Positions 49,701 to 57,738 of a stretch of 64,000 nt of DNA are shown here, piece by piece. A program made the position numbers and the translations under genes. Source of the DNA: Phoronis australis (Eukaryota; Animalia; Phoronida); contig NMRA01000103.1 in NCBI GenBank assembly GCA_002633005.1, positions 18,576-82,575 of the forward strand. Direction: 5' to 3'. The notes under the pieces were generated by a model. The model was not told the origin of the DNA. It did no database searches and worked only from the letters and a program-made list of their open reading frames with translations. Position 1 is the stretch's first letter. The number at the start of each line of letters is the position of its first letter.

Positions 49701-49778
49701 TTCTGGCTTTTTCTTTCTCCGTCCCCGTCCTGCTTTTGTTCTGTGTGGCTGGGCACCAGGTAAACGACGGAAAGACAT
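10146..49778 (-). CDS. SPICE1: Spindle and centriole-associated protein 1 (SPICE1/CCDC52), 18 coding exons, about 815 aa
   Basis: Spliced translation MSFRR...KKKPEWD|STVSDLSVYKATPEEI|KRRREAHRS...LLREVLHDQ...LNESV...ALNDV...YTGYADSVMEAISRISSYLKE...LSPPR...QIDELTKQHSDAQNKL...YLGLAAHVGW* follows recalled SPICE1 blocks (EWDNTVTDLTVHRATPEDL, LVRYLKE, LSPPR, FALSTHV); GT-AG junctions with matching phases except one uncertain acceptor. Confidence 0.9.
10391..11392 (+). mobile_element. Possible solo LTR / retroelement fragment containing an assembly gap (N 10941-10960)
   Basis: TG...CA ends, C/T-rich composition unlike the flanks, TATA-like site near 10553, AATAAA at 11301; no clean TSD seen. Confidence 0.35.
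11608..11717 (-). CDS. SPICE1: SPICE1 coding exon 17 (...RRAITVSVPQV...)
   Basis: TTTTCAG acceptor, GTAATT donor, phase 0-2. Confidence 0.85.
12748..12820 (-). mobile_element. tRNA-derived SINE head
   Basis: Box A TGGCCCAGTGG and box B-like ATTCAAGTCC on the minus strand; no complete cloverleaf. Confidence 0.6.
12951..13043 (-). CDS. SPICE1: SPICE1 coding exon 16 (EKSRSRVSPSISPIP...)
   Basis: TTTTTAG acceptor, GTATGT donor, phase 0-0. Confidence 0.85.
14417..15063 (-). CDS. SPICE1: SPICE1 coding exon 15 (large exon with internal repeats)
   Basis: TTTCTAG acceptor, GTAAAT donor, 647 nt open; ends QIDELTKQHSDAQNKLQQIIDRQRAIHL. Confidence 0.88.
15256..15430. repeat. Minisatellite, 35-bp unit x5
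   Basis: AATCAATATAATGTACACTTCTATGCAGGGTCAAT in tandem. Confidence 0.95.
15467..16632 (-). mobile_element. HINE/DINE-1-like non-autonomous Helentron with ~150-bp central repeats
   Basis: ACAAGAGCAACG...TTGAAATGCGC at one end, CACATATAAATATGAGGGCGCAT at the other; internal CCACTAG monomers. Confidence 0.75.
16710..16817 (-). CDS. SPICE1: SPICE1 coding exon 14 (...TRQIAQLSEENRKAHERLMKLQ...)
   Basis: TTGTAG acceptor, GTGAGT donor, phase 1-1. Confidence 0.85.
17533..17685. mobile_element. Short CAGTGG-terminated MITE with 5-bp TSD
   Basis: CAGTGG...CCACTG termini flanked on both sides by TGAAC. Confidence 0.7.
20260..20421 (-). CDS. SPICE1: SPICE1 coding exon 13 (...AIPLSPPR...)
   Basis: TCCAG acceptor; GTATAG donor gives the phase 1 needed by the next exon. 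Confidence 0.75.
20872..22240 (-). mobile_element. HINE/DINE-1-like element (diverged copy)
   Basis: AACAAGAGCATTGAAATGCGCCCAC end and the same ~150-bp monomers. Confidence 0.75.
23002..23250. repeat. Minisatellite, 39-bp unit x~6
   Basis: CTACTTAAAATTAAAAYATCAGTGCATTACCTCACCATT in tandem. Confidence 0.95.
24138..24249 (-). CDS. SPICE1: SPICE1 coding exon 12
   Basis: TCACAG acceptor, GTAGAG donor, phase 0-1. Confidence 0.78.
24517..24609 (-). CDS. SPICE1: SPICE1 coding exon 11 (EFTTLRDSHAKLEADF...)
   Basis: Strong polypyrimidine CAG acceptor, GTATGC donor. Confidence 0.85.
25251..25343 (-). CDS. SPICE1: SPICE1 coding exon 10 (TEEILVSETNVRQQLM...DVLTN)
   Basis: TTGTAG acceptor, GTGAGA donor, coiled-coil sequence. 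Confidence 0.85.
25587..25787 (-). CDS. SPICE1: SPICE1 coding exon 9 (GFGDIDAQLRLMERR-polyN-...RISSYLKE); 5' boundary uncertain
   Basis: GTACGC donor; in frame only from a weak AAG acceptor at 25788-25790; the stronger CAG at 25825-25827 hits stops in all frames. Confidence 0.7.
26985..28068 (-). mobile_element. Full-length young HINE-like element
   Basis: Both termini present, subterminal IR ATGCGCCCAC/GTGGGCGCAT, GGAC-type microsatellite near 28000. Confidence 0.8.
28372..29389 (+). mobile_element. CAGTGGCGGAT-type MITE with 5-bp TSD and an internal tRNA-like segment
   Basis: TIR CAGTGGCGGATCTAG / CTAAATCCGCCTATG, TATAA on both flanks; partial inverted copy at 50833-51276. Confidence 0.7.
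30226..32168 (-). mobile_element. Full-length young HINE-like element with about 3 copies of the ~450-bp unit
   Basis: Both termini present; units start at about 31046, 31499 and 31948; (GGAC)n-like tract at 32073-32123. Confidence 0.8.
33125..33225 (-). CDS. SPICE1: SPICE1 coding exon 8 (...AINDTAKVKRTKSRL...)
   Basis: TTACAG acceptor, GTTTGT donor, phase 1-0. Confidence 0.8.
33279..34856. mobile_element. Composite insertion: Helentron-like ends, tRNA-like segment (33360-33435, minus) and a nested MITE
   Basis: Subterminal IR TTTACACCACA / TGTGGTATAAA, terminal hairpin ATAGATTATTACATG...CATGTAATAATCTAT, 33-bp flanking duplication. Confidence 0.55.
33690..34504. mobile_element. PIF/Harbinger-like MITE
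   Basis: TIR GGGCTGTTCCAGTAAAATC / GATTTTGCTGGAACAGCCC with TAA on both flanks; end fragment also near 42189. Confidence 0.8.
35275..35385 (-). CDS. SPICE1: SPICE1 coding exon 7 (DDSIEEK...DLRRFKQYLEEE...)
   Basis: TACAG acceptor, GTGGGT donor, phase 1-1. Confidence 0.8.
36686..37185 (+). mobile_element. CAGGGCTTGGAAT-TIR MITE (hAT-like), copy 1
   Basis: TIR CAGGGCTTGGAAT / ATTCCAAGCCCTG; highly similar copy at 37762-38273 and fragment at 25140-25240. Confidence 0.8.
37762..38273 (+). mobile_element. CAGGGCTTGGAAT-TIR MITE (hAT-like), copy 2
   Basis: Same TIRs and body as 36686-37185. Confidence 0.8.
38378..38490 (-). CDS. SPICE1: SPICE1 coding exon 6 (LDALVP...LNESVQDKTALNDV...)
   Basis: TATAG acceptor, GTAGTG donor, phase 2-1. 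Confidence 0.85.
38998..40058 (-). mobile_element. hAT-like non-autonomous element, uninterrupted copy
   Basis: TIR CAGGGCTCAAC / GTTGAGCCCTG; imperfect 8-bp TSD AGCATGGT / AGCGTGAT. Confidence 0.8.
40207..40454. repeat. Minisatellite, 19-bp unit x~13
   Basis: GGCTCTAGCCATGTACATG in tandem; each junction gives the palindrome CCATGTACATGG. Confidence 0.95.
40946..41100. repeat. Minisatellite, 32-bp unit x~5
   Basis: GTCATGCCAACAATCCATAATGTGACAGTGTC in tandem. Confidence 0.95.
41151..41575. mobile_element. Foldback-type MITE (almost fully palindromic)
   Basis: AAGGTCTTCTTATCCATTTAGC...GGACTT matches the reverse complement of 41526-41575; inner arms also pair. Confidence 0.7.
41915..41985 (-). 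CDS. SPICE1: SPICE1 coding exon 5 (RYQVVPTVTTAP...)
   Basis: TTCCAG acceptor, GTAGAC donor, phase 0-2; resembles PNVTVAP. Confidence 0.85.
42395..42466 (-). CDS. SPICE1: SPICE1 coding exon 4 (LEETLLRTDKALAVVKDLFGDNAM)
   Basis: TTATAG acceptor, GTCTGT donor, 72 nt. Confidence 0.85.
42590..43110. repeat. Minisatellite, 28-bp unit x~18
   Basis: GATACTTTGACCATATAAATGTCCAGAT in tandem with variants. Confidence 0.95.
43683..43753. repeat. (CA)n/(CG)n microsatellite
   Basis: Direct inspection. Confidence 0.95.
43966..45480. mobile_element. hAT-like non-autonomous element with apparent 6-bp TSD
   Basis: TIR CAGGGATATA / TATATCCCTG, AATAAA on both flanks, subterminal GGGCGAGTAG repeats. Confidence 0.7.
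46080..46220 (-). CDS. SPICE1: SPICE1 coding exon 3 (KRRREAHRS...HDQSQ)
   Basis: TTGCAG acceptor, GTATTT donor, 141 nt. Confidence 0.88.
46690..47145. repeat. Minisatellite, 46-bp dimeric unit (2 x 23 bp) x~10
   Basis: CAGATAGGGTGTGCACCCACCTA + CAGATAGGCTGTCTACCCATATA. Confidence 0.95.
47392..47439 (-). CDS. SPICE1: SPICE1 coding exon 2 (STVSDLSVYKATPEEI)
   Basis: TTTCAG acceptor, GTAAGT donor, phase 0-0. Confidence 0.88.
47805..48345. mobile_element. Diverged second copy of the 2621-3150 TTAA-type MITE
   Basis: Collinear similarity, e.g. GACGAAAGTACCAT...CAATTCACTTTCCCCTG. Confidence 0.7.
49695..49778 (-). CDS. SPICE1: SPICE1 coding exon 1 (MSFRRLPGAQPHRTKAGRGRRKKKPEWD)
   Basis: CAG acceptor at 49785-49787, ATG at 49778, GTGAGT donor. 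Confidence 0.88.
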
Positions 49779-50620
49779 CTTGTTCTGGGCAATAAACATT
49801 TACTTTTACTCACACTAGGGGTCAGGGCATTGTTGTTGATCAAAACCAGACTAAGAACACAAAAGCGTACACCACAAAAGCATGATTTTAACTGGCTAAA
49901 CCCCTTACTAAAAAGCATAAAGGTCTAGCTACTCAGACGGTTCCGCCCTCTCTCTAAGAGCCTCGTTCACTGACTGGATTTTCCGCGTCAGGTTGACCTG
50001 GTTTTAGAATGAGGTCGTACACTGCTGAGAGTTATTAGCCTTGATCCTTGTTCAAATTGGGCCATCTGGTTCTAATCACTGACTCATCACACTTTTAGTA
50101 AGTGACTTAGCCATTTAATATCATATCATCGGAAACCAATGAAAAACCTTTTCCATTGCAAGACAAAAGTAATCCTACAAAAGATATTTTCTGTCATAAC
50201 GACGAATTTGATTTTTAGGGTCAAGTGACCCCCAAAAATTGGTCCATTTAGGCAAAAAATTGAAAGGGATAGGACAGTCCTGAAACTAGAGAGACTGGCC
50301 TTTCAGATGAGACCAGGAATGTTAGTATAGTCACAATTTCAATTTTTTGTCTCGAGGTGGACCTTTTCACAGAATTGCCCATATACTTTCAGTAGTTGAC
50401 AAGGCTTATTTTTTGATATACGAGTTAAAATGGAGGCCAATAAATAAGGTTTGGCTTAGACAGTGACCACCGTCTCTAACTGGCTCAGTAGAAACGGAAG
50501 CCAGAAGTTTTTCGGCGAATTATGCCTCACACTGATTAAAAAATTAATTGCCTTGTTAAGTACATTTTGCGCATAGAGCAAGGATTGGACTGACCCATGA
50601 CAAAAGAAGAGAATTTTTTT

Positions 50621-50836
50621 ACCGGCCAACCACGGGGCTATGTGTTGTAAGACTGAGGCCAGNGGGGGGGGGGTAACGAAAACTAATTAAATCCGGGGAG
50701 ACTTGAACCAGAGAATACAGCCCGCGTGAGATCCGAAAGTCCAAATCATTCAGCCAAGCAGAAATTGCCAAACTGAGCAACAATCATGGTATTAGCCTAC
50801 TACACACATATTCACCTGTTTATCTGTTTGCCCTAA
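50621..50836. repeat. Young ~200-bp dispersed repeat, copy 1 (internal N)
   Basis: Identical to 52226-52428 apart from the sequence around the N; contains a minus-strand GGTTCAAGTC box-B-like motif. Confidence 0.75.
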
Positions 50837-51276
50837 TACAACAAATTTGTTAAGAACCGACACAAAATATAAAACGGGGAATAAGCATTACAAAAAGAAG
50901 TAGGTTTCGCGCGCAAACGCTGTGGACCATAAACAAGTAGGTCTCTTAGTATCAAAATATGAACTAAATCGTGGTGGTGTAGTGGTAAAGCACGCGCTCT
51001 ATCCACCAGGTCGTGAGTTCGAGTCTGTGGCGCTTGCAGTTTTTCCAGTTTGACACGTTCTCTGTTTTTTTTGCCTTTTTTCTTGGATAATACTTCAGGA
51101 ATCAAGGAAAATGCTTGATTTTTAGAGAAACATTTCCTGGCCAGGAGGGGGGCAAACCCCCCTCCTGGCCTCCCCCCATTCAGTGCTATGCACATTGACA
51201 ATCATGGTTTGCGCAAATGCTTACAGCCGGACGAAAATGTTGGCCCCCCCCTTGTGATATCCTCGATCCACCACTG
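50833..51276 (-). mobile_element. Truncated inverted copy of the 28372-29389 MITE
   Basis: Ends GATCCACCACTG; shares the tRNA-like GTGGTGTAGTGGTAAAGCACG segment. Confidence 0.7.
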
Positions 51277-52225
51277 TTATCTGACGTTTTGGCACATTTT
51301 GCATTACATCTAATTGATAATGCTACAGTTCTTTACTGAAATAAAGACTTACAGTTGCGGAATTATACAATATCTTGTCACCCAAAGCCACATTTATGCT
51401 GTGGCTGATCTTTAAAAAACACAACTAGCAAAGCTTTGGACAACCTAAATATCAAACACCAGTGTTTCCCCATATGCCACACCGCGGAAAACTGACTAAC
51501 CAAGTAATGGCCACGGGCACCTAGTCGCCACATTGCAGCTCGAGTCTTTCGACATATTTGGTGCTAGAACACAGCTCCGTTTGCAACAAAACTTTCTATA
51601 AAATGTCATCTTATGACAGCACCAAGTTGTGTCGATGAATCAGTGCAGACGACTAAAGCACCTGCAACCTCACTGCAATTTTTAGTATCTCTGCCTTCTT
51701 GATGACACACGCACGTACACGGCCGGTGTTTGACTTGAGCTAAATCAGACATTAACAATGACATGTTGTCAGTTCATTGAGATGATTACGTTGTCAAAAA
51801 AGATTTTGTTTTCAACTTTCATGACCGATTTATGCGATCGTGACGTCCATTTTAGGCCGACTTGAGGGTCTAAACTGCATCCTCTCTCGGTGAAATCAAA
51901 ACGAGGCAATGGTATAAAAAAACGAGACAGTGCTGGACATTGAATGCATTACAACGCAACAACAATTAATGTCATATAATGATTTATTACTCAGATTATG
52001 CTTCAGTTCAAGTAAGATTTTATGTAATGTCCGATATTTAATTAGGGTCTATCTGATAATTAATAGGTACACTATGTGTGCGGCCCGTTTAAAATACAGG
52101 GGACGAAAGTAGTAGGCCCTATAGAAAGAAGTATAGTATAGGCAATGACCATCGCCTCAGTTGGCCCTCTGCTTCGGGCGAACAGAGGCGATAGTCATTG
52201 CCTATGGGAAGTATTGTAGCCCCTA

Positions 52226-52428
52226 ACCGGCCAACCACGGGGCTATGTGTTGTAAGACTGAGGCCNAACGAAAACTAATTAAATCCGGGGAGACTTGAAC
52301 CAGAGAATACAGCCCGCGTGAGATCCGAAAGTCCAAATCATTCAGCCAAGCAGAAATTGCCAAACTGAGCAACAATCATGGTATTAGCCTACTACACACA
52401 TATTCACCTGTTTATCTGTTTGCCCTAA
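52226..52428. repeat. Young ~200-bp dispersed repeat, copy 2 (internal N)
   Basis: Direct repeat of 50621-50836. Confidence 0.75.
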
Positions 52429-52950
52429 CCTTTGGCTTTAGCAGTTTAGCCAGGCCAATTTTAGAATATCAAAAATGGCGCTTTCCGCGTAGAAATGAAT
52501 ATCTAATTTCGATTATTAAGCATTTGCTTCCAGACCAAAAGCAAGAAAGTCTTTTTTTTAGCACTATGTAGTTGGTTGTGAATAATAACTGGGGTTTTAT
52601 ACAATTGTGCATTTCGCTTCTGGAACGAAGATTCTTTTAATCGAATGCTATTAATAATCGTGGCTTGCCCCGACACGTTCGTATATCCGGTAACTCGGCG
52701 GAAAATTTAAAACCTGCTCGGATCAAATACAATTTATGTTACGTAAATAATAGTTCAATGTTTAGAAAATCGTGATACCCCGAAGTAAGTATCAATTTAT
52801 GAACATGTTAAGGTCGAGACTTTGCAATTTCTACTTCCATTGTTTATTTCAGGCAGAATTGGAGGTGCAAGAGCTAGCGTACCAATTTAGGCAATTACGT
52901 CGCCCTGGATGCCGCAGGCTCTAAGGGATAGTCATCGCATACCATCGCTG

Positions 52951-54274
52951 TAAAGGCGAAGGCAAGCTTTTTCATGTCATTTTAGCTAAAATAGGGTTCG
53001 TTGATTATCCCAGACATAGTTTTCACTTATTTACAGCTTTGCGTAATTTAATTAATTAATCGTCGTCTACTCCGGCAGTGACGTTTTGGGAGGCAAGAAT
53101 TTCGCGCCAATTTCTTTTCATACAGTCTGACTATGAGAGCAGTCGAGTCAGTCATTGTTCTACCTTGGTTGTGATAAGTTCGGTGGTCGTTTGCTTTTGT
53201 TTACGAGTCAGTCAACATGCCACGCTGTTGCTGTTTACCGAGATGTACTCATTAGATTATCGTGTTACGTACAGAGGAAGAACTGTCTCAATTGCCCGAG
53301 TGTCCCGCGACACACTCCCAGTAGATGGTAACTTGAGCACCCAAACTGCTTACATCCCGCCGTGCGACTCCCTTGTCACACACGTGGCACCTTCTAAATA
53401 GTTCCAACACAAGTCCTCAATAAACTTATCAAACTTAGGCTCACCGATCTGTTCATTGGATTTAACGAAATGTCCTTTTCACTGGGTGTCAAACTGGGCC
53501 TGTATTCACTCCCACTACTCAACATCGCTGCAGGGCTGCTTACAGGCTCTGGGTTAGAGACAACAGCACAGGGGGAATCACTGCTAGTTCCTGGAATTGC
53601 ACGCTATGGGTTACGTTCGGAGGCATGGGTGACAGTAGATGAAGTGCCACCAGTCATTGTATATAGTGGTCACAGCTCGCGAGGCTGCTCGCTTCAAAAA
53701 CACACTTCTCGGGGATGGCGACGGGGCACTGCCGGGAATCAACAGCGACGGTATGGAACCCTTCTTCAGGCGTTGTTTCACAGGGACCTTCATCAATTCA
53801 GCGTACATATCTCTGTCGTAATCTGATGGCTGAAATTGCTTGCCACTGCTTTGTACATTGCGTGAATGGGTAGCGCTGGGTTCTTCACATGAACGAGCTG
53901 GCCAAGTACGGCGAAGTGTGTCATCCTTCGGAAAGCGATGCTAGGTACCCAAAGCACGTGTGAGACGATAATGAGTACATCCTGGTATGCAGCAACAGCA
54001 TGGCATGTTGGCTGACTTGTAAACAAAAGCAAACGATGACCGAACTAATCACATCCGAGGTAGAACAATGACTGACTTGACAGCTCTCACAGTCTGACTG
54101 TATGAAAAGAAATTGGCGCGAAATTCTTGCCTCCCAAAACGTCACTTCCGGAGTAGAGGACGGGAAATTAATTAAATTACGAAAAGCTGTAATTAAGTGA
54201 AAAATATGTCTGGGATAATCAACAGACCTTATTTTTGCTAAAAGTGACATGAAAAAGGTTGCCTTCGCCTTTAA
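52951..54274. mobile_element. Kolobok-like DNA transposon derivative with ~300-bp TIRs
   Basis: TAAAGGCGAAGGCAA... / ...TTGCCTTCGCCTTTAA long inverted repeats, TTAA-type ends, internal THAP relic. Confidence 0.75.
53611..54006 (-). pseudogene. Degenerate THAP-domain ORF (transposon-derived)
   Basis: MPCCCCIPGC...*HRFPKDDTLRRTW...RLKKGSIPSL: THAP hallmarks with an in-frame stop and a lost CSxHF motif. Confidence 0.75.
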
Positions 54275-56260
54275 TCCCTACTTCACAGGAACTTAAAACT
54301 CATAGGGACACTATCTGGAAAACTTAAGTCAGATTTTAGGTAATTTGTTTAATCAAAACTATTTTTATTCAAGAATTCAAGTTGCCCTATCGATGATCGC
54401 AAAGCATCACCATCAGTTAGCGAGTTTTCATGCTGGGATTTCCGTACAATTTTCTGTAAAAGAATCGTAATTTAACAACAAAGTTTGATAGCAATGTGCC
54501 ACAATTTTGTGAAAAGTCTGTCACAGGTTACAGATACGTTGCATATTATATATTTGATGAATCCTAGCTTCCGAATTCACCCGTTCAGAGACTGAGTTTC
54601 ATCCGCCTTGGGCTCTGCCCCGAAACAAAATTTTCTAAGCACCCTGGATGCATATCAGGGCGAATACGGTACCTTTTTCAATTTCTGAGTGCTCAGTAAA
54701 AATATGCTGACTGCTGAGGGTGGCAAATGCACTGATTTCACTAAATAAGCAGAATGGTTGCGAGCCAAATGTATTAAATATAGGAAATCTAAATAATTTA
54801 CAGTTTGGAAGTCACCACAAACCTTGAAATGAATTTTGGGGGAATCATTGTCTGACTTTTGATACTTGGGATTTTTTCCAGGTCACCAAATACAATCTAG
54901 CACGGTTATAATATGGTTCATGGGTGTTTTCCTACAGCTGTAATGTAGGTCACCTAAAGCGTTTGTAGTGCTTGCCTGTTTAGCAGAGTGTGTACAGAGT
55001 TTTCATATTTTGATCCAAACTTTTGATGGTAGTCGAGGGTTAAAGAGCATTATTTCATTTCAGAGAACTATATGAGAAAACTTTTTTAATATATGTTAAT
55101 AAGCAAAACCCTTTTTAGGCGCCCACATATTTATATGTGGACGCATTATGACGTCATCTCCGTCCGTCCGTCCGTCCGGGCGACGTCCGGTGTCCGCTGC
55201 TCTATCTCCAAAACCCTTTGACATACGTTCATGAAATTTGGCACATATGTTCCATTTCATGAATGGGACGACATGAGCAACTTTCGGACGGATCCAACTA
55301 CCTGTGTGCCCCCTAGTGGCAAATTTAGTTTTTTATGCTTACCTTTGTTTCTTCAAAAGTCCTTAACTGATTTTCATGAAATTTGGTGTGTAGGCACCTA
55401 TTAGTAAATTGATGCTATCTTCCCGTTTTCGGATGGATTTGATTTAGTTTGCGCCACCTAGTGGCCGTTTTTACTGTTTTCGAGTCTGTTTTTTGCGTCC
55501 ACCCCTCTGTCAACCAAATTGCTCAAAGGGGGATTGTGAAAATTAGCATGTATGTTTTTACTATGAAGAGGACGGTTGACAATGATTTTCCGATGATTTC
55601 GACTAATGTGGCGCCTCCTAGTGGCAATTTTTATTTGGCCCTATGGCTTTATCTCCTAAACCGTTCGCAGGATCTTTACGAAATTTAGTATGTATATTTA
55701 TATGATGCTAACAACAGATGACAACGTCTTTCGCACAGGTCTGACAACTGGTATGCCACCTAGTGACAATTTTATTATTTTACGTTTGCCTCCTCATCGT
55801 ACTTTCATAAAATTTGGCATATGGGCATCTATTAATGAGGTGTCGATATCTCTCTGTTTTCAGATGAATTTGACCTTGTTTGCGGCACCTAGTGGCCATT
55901 TTTACTGTTTTCGAGTTTTTTGGCATCCACTAATCTATCAATCAAACCGTTTTCAGGATAATTGTGAAAATTGGCTTGTATGTTTTTACTATGAAGTGGA
56001 TGGCTGACGATGATTTTCTGACGACTTCGACTACTGAGGCGTTTCCGTAGAGGCAGTTTTTTTGCGTTCATGGCTGGATCTTTACTTAATTTAGCAAGTT
56101 TATTTATATGATGTTGACTACGGACGACGACGACTTTCGGACAGATCTGACAGCTGCTGTGCCCCCTAGTGGCAATTTTATTTTTTTTTACGTTTAACTC
56201 TGTATCTTCAAAGGTCCTCAACATATTTTCATAAAATTTGGAATATAGACATCTATTGGT

Positions 56261-57376
56261 CACAGGCGCTTGGGTTTATCGCAAATGACGTCACAATATA
56301 TATATAAGAAATCATAAAGGTTGGACACTTAAACTTTGCAAAGCCGAGGCTCCCAACTTCAACCGTCCAAAATCCAAATAAAATCTGCGTGCACCTCCCT
56401 CAGTCTGGTGTTGCATAAACCTTCGAAGCCTTATCTTTCCTAGATCCCATTAACTGTCTTCGTGAGTGGTGAATTGGCGATGGAATTTCCAAAACAATCT
56501 CAAAACTCTGAATTCAAGGACCTGAAATAGTAAACATGGCGGATTTCTGTTGTGCTTCAACTTGTACGCCTGACGTAGGTGAAACTTCAAGTTTGAGCAA
56601 GCAACCTATATTTCAAATTCAATAACTCTAATCCAAAACTCAACTAATTGAGAATGTTAAAGTTAGTATTTTAATGATTATTTGTAACTTTATTCCACTG
56701 ACGGCTCATTTTAGCCCTTAACTTAGAATTTTATTGCATAAACTGGCGTATCTTGTTTCTCATCTTGACATCACGCACTTTTTTGATTGAAGCACAACAC
56801 ACACTCGGCCAGAAAACGCAGCCCGTGCAAGTATTACAATGCGCGTGGCCGACGAGTTAACTCAATGGTTTTGGCCAAAAATAAAACCTTCATAAGAAAT
56901 CACAGTACACAAAAAACTTCGCATATCAATACTGTATCAGGATAATTTATATTTGACACAAATATGTGAGTAATTACATTTATTTGGCAATAAAGTGCTC
57001 TCTGCTTCTCATGATCAAGTAGTCGATGGATTGACGGCGAAAGCCGCGCGAAATTAGACTTTCGGATTTAGCTCGGGAGCGTCGGTCAAAACCCGGATGT
57101 GCGAAGACCGTCTGCCATGACATCACGGAATCAGGTCCTTGAATTTGTGATTTTGGCATTCTTTTGGCATTTTTGTCGCCAAATCACCACTCGAAGGCAA
57201 TTTGAAGAGATCAAATGAAAGAAGGTATTCTAAGAGTTGTCCGATGCTAGTTTCGTGGAGTTCCATGCACATTTGAGTAGAAAATTCTGAGCAAACAGAT
57301 TTCGAGTGTCCAACCTTTATGTTTTCTTATATATATAATTGAGTGACGTCATTTGCGATAAACCCAAGCGCCTGTG
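56261..57376. mobile_element. TIR element with 8-bp TSD, P-element/hAT-like, non-autonomous
   Basis: TIR CACAGGCGCTTGGGTTTATCGCAAATGACGTCAC; TSD CTATTGGT / CTTTCGGT; MADFCCASTC THAP-like start near 56536. Confidence 0.8.
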
Positions 57377-57738
57377 CTTTCGGTGTGATGACGCTATGTT
57401 CTTGTTTTTGGATGGTATCGAGGTATTTTGCACCACCTAGTGGCCATTTTTGCTGTTTTCAAATCTTGTTTTTGGCGTCCACCCCTATATCAACCAAATC
57501 ATTTGAAAATTGGCATATATGAAATGTCCTCAGTGTGAAGACGACCTTTGATGATGGTGACTGACTACTGTGGCGCCTCCTAGTGGTAGTTTTGTTTTGC
57601 ACCCATAGTTGTTTCTCTTAAACCCACTGCAGGATCTTTATTAAATTTAGTAAGTGTATTTATATGATGATAACTACAGACGACGACTTTCAGGCGGATC
57701 CAACGGACACTGCGCCCACTAGTAACAATTTCATTTTA

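Noticed and set aside
50621-52428. LTR retrotransposon
   Set aside because: No TG...CA ends, PBS or gag/pol remnants between the direct repeats
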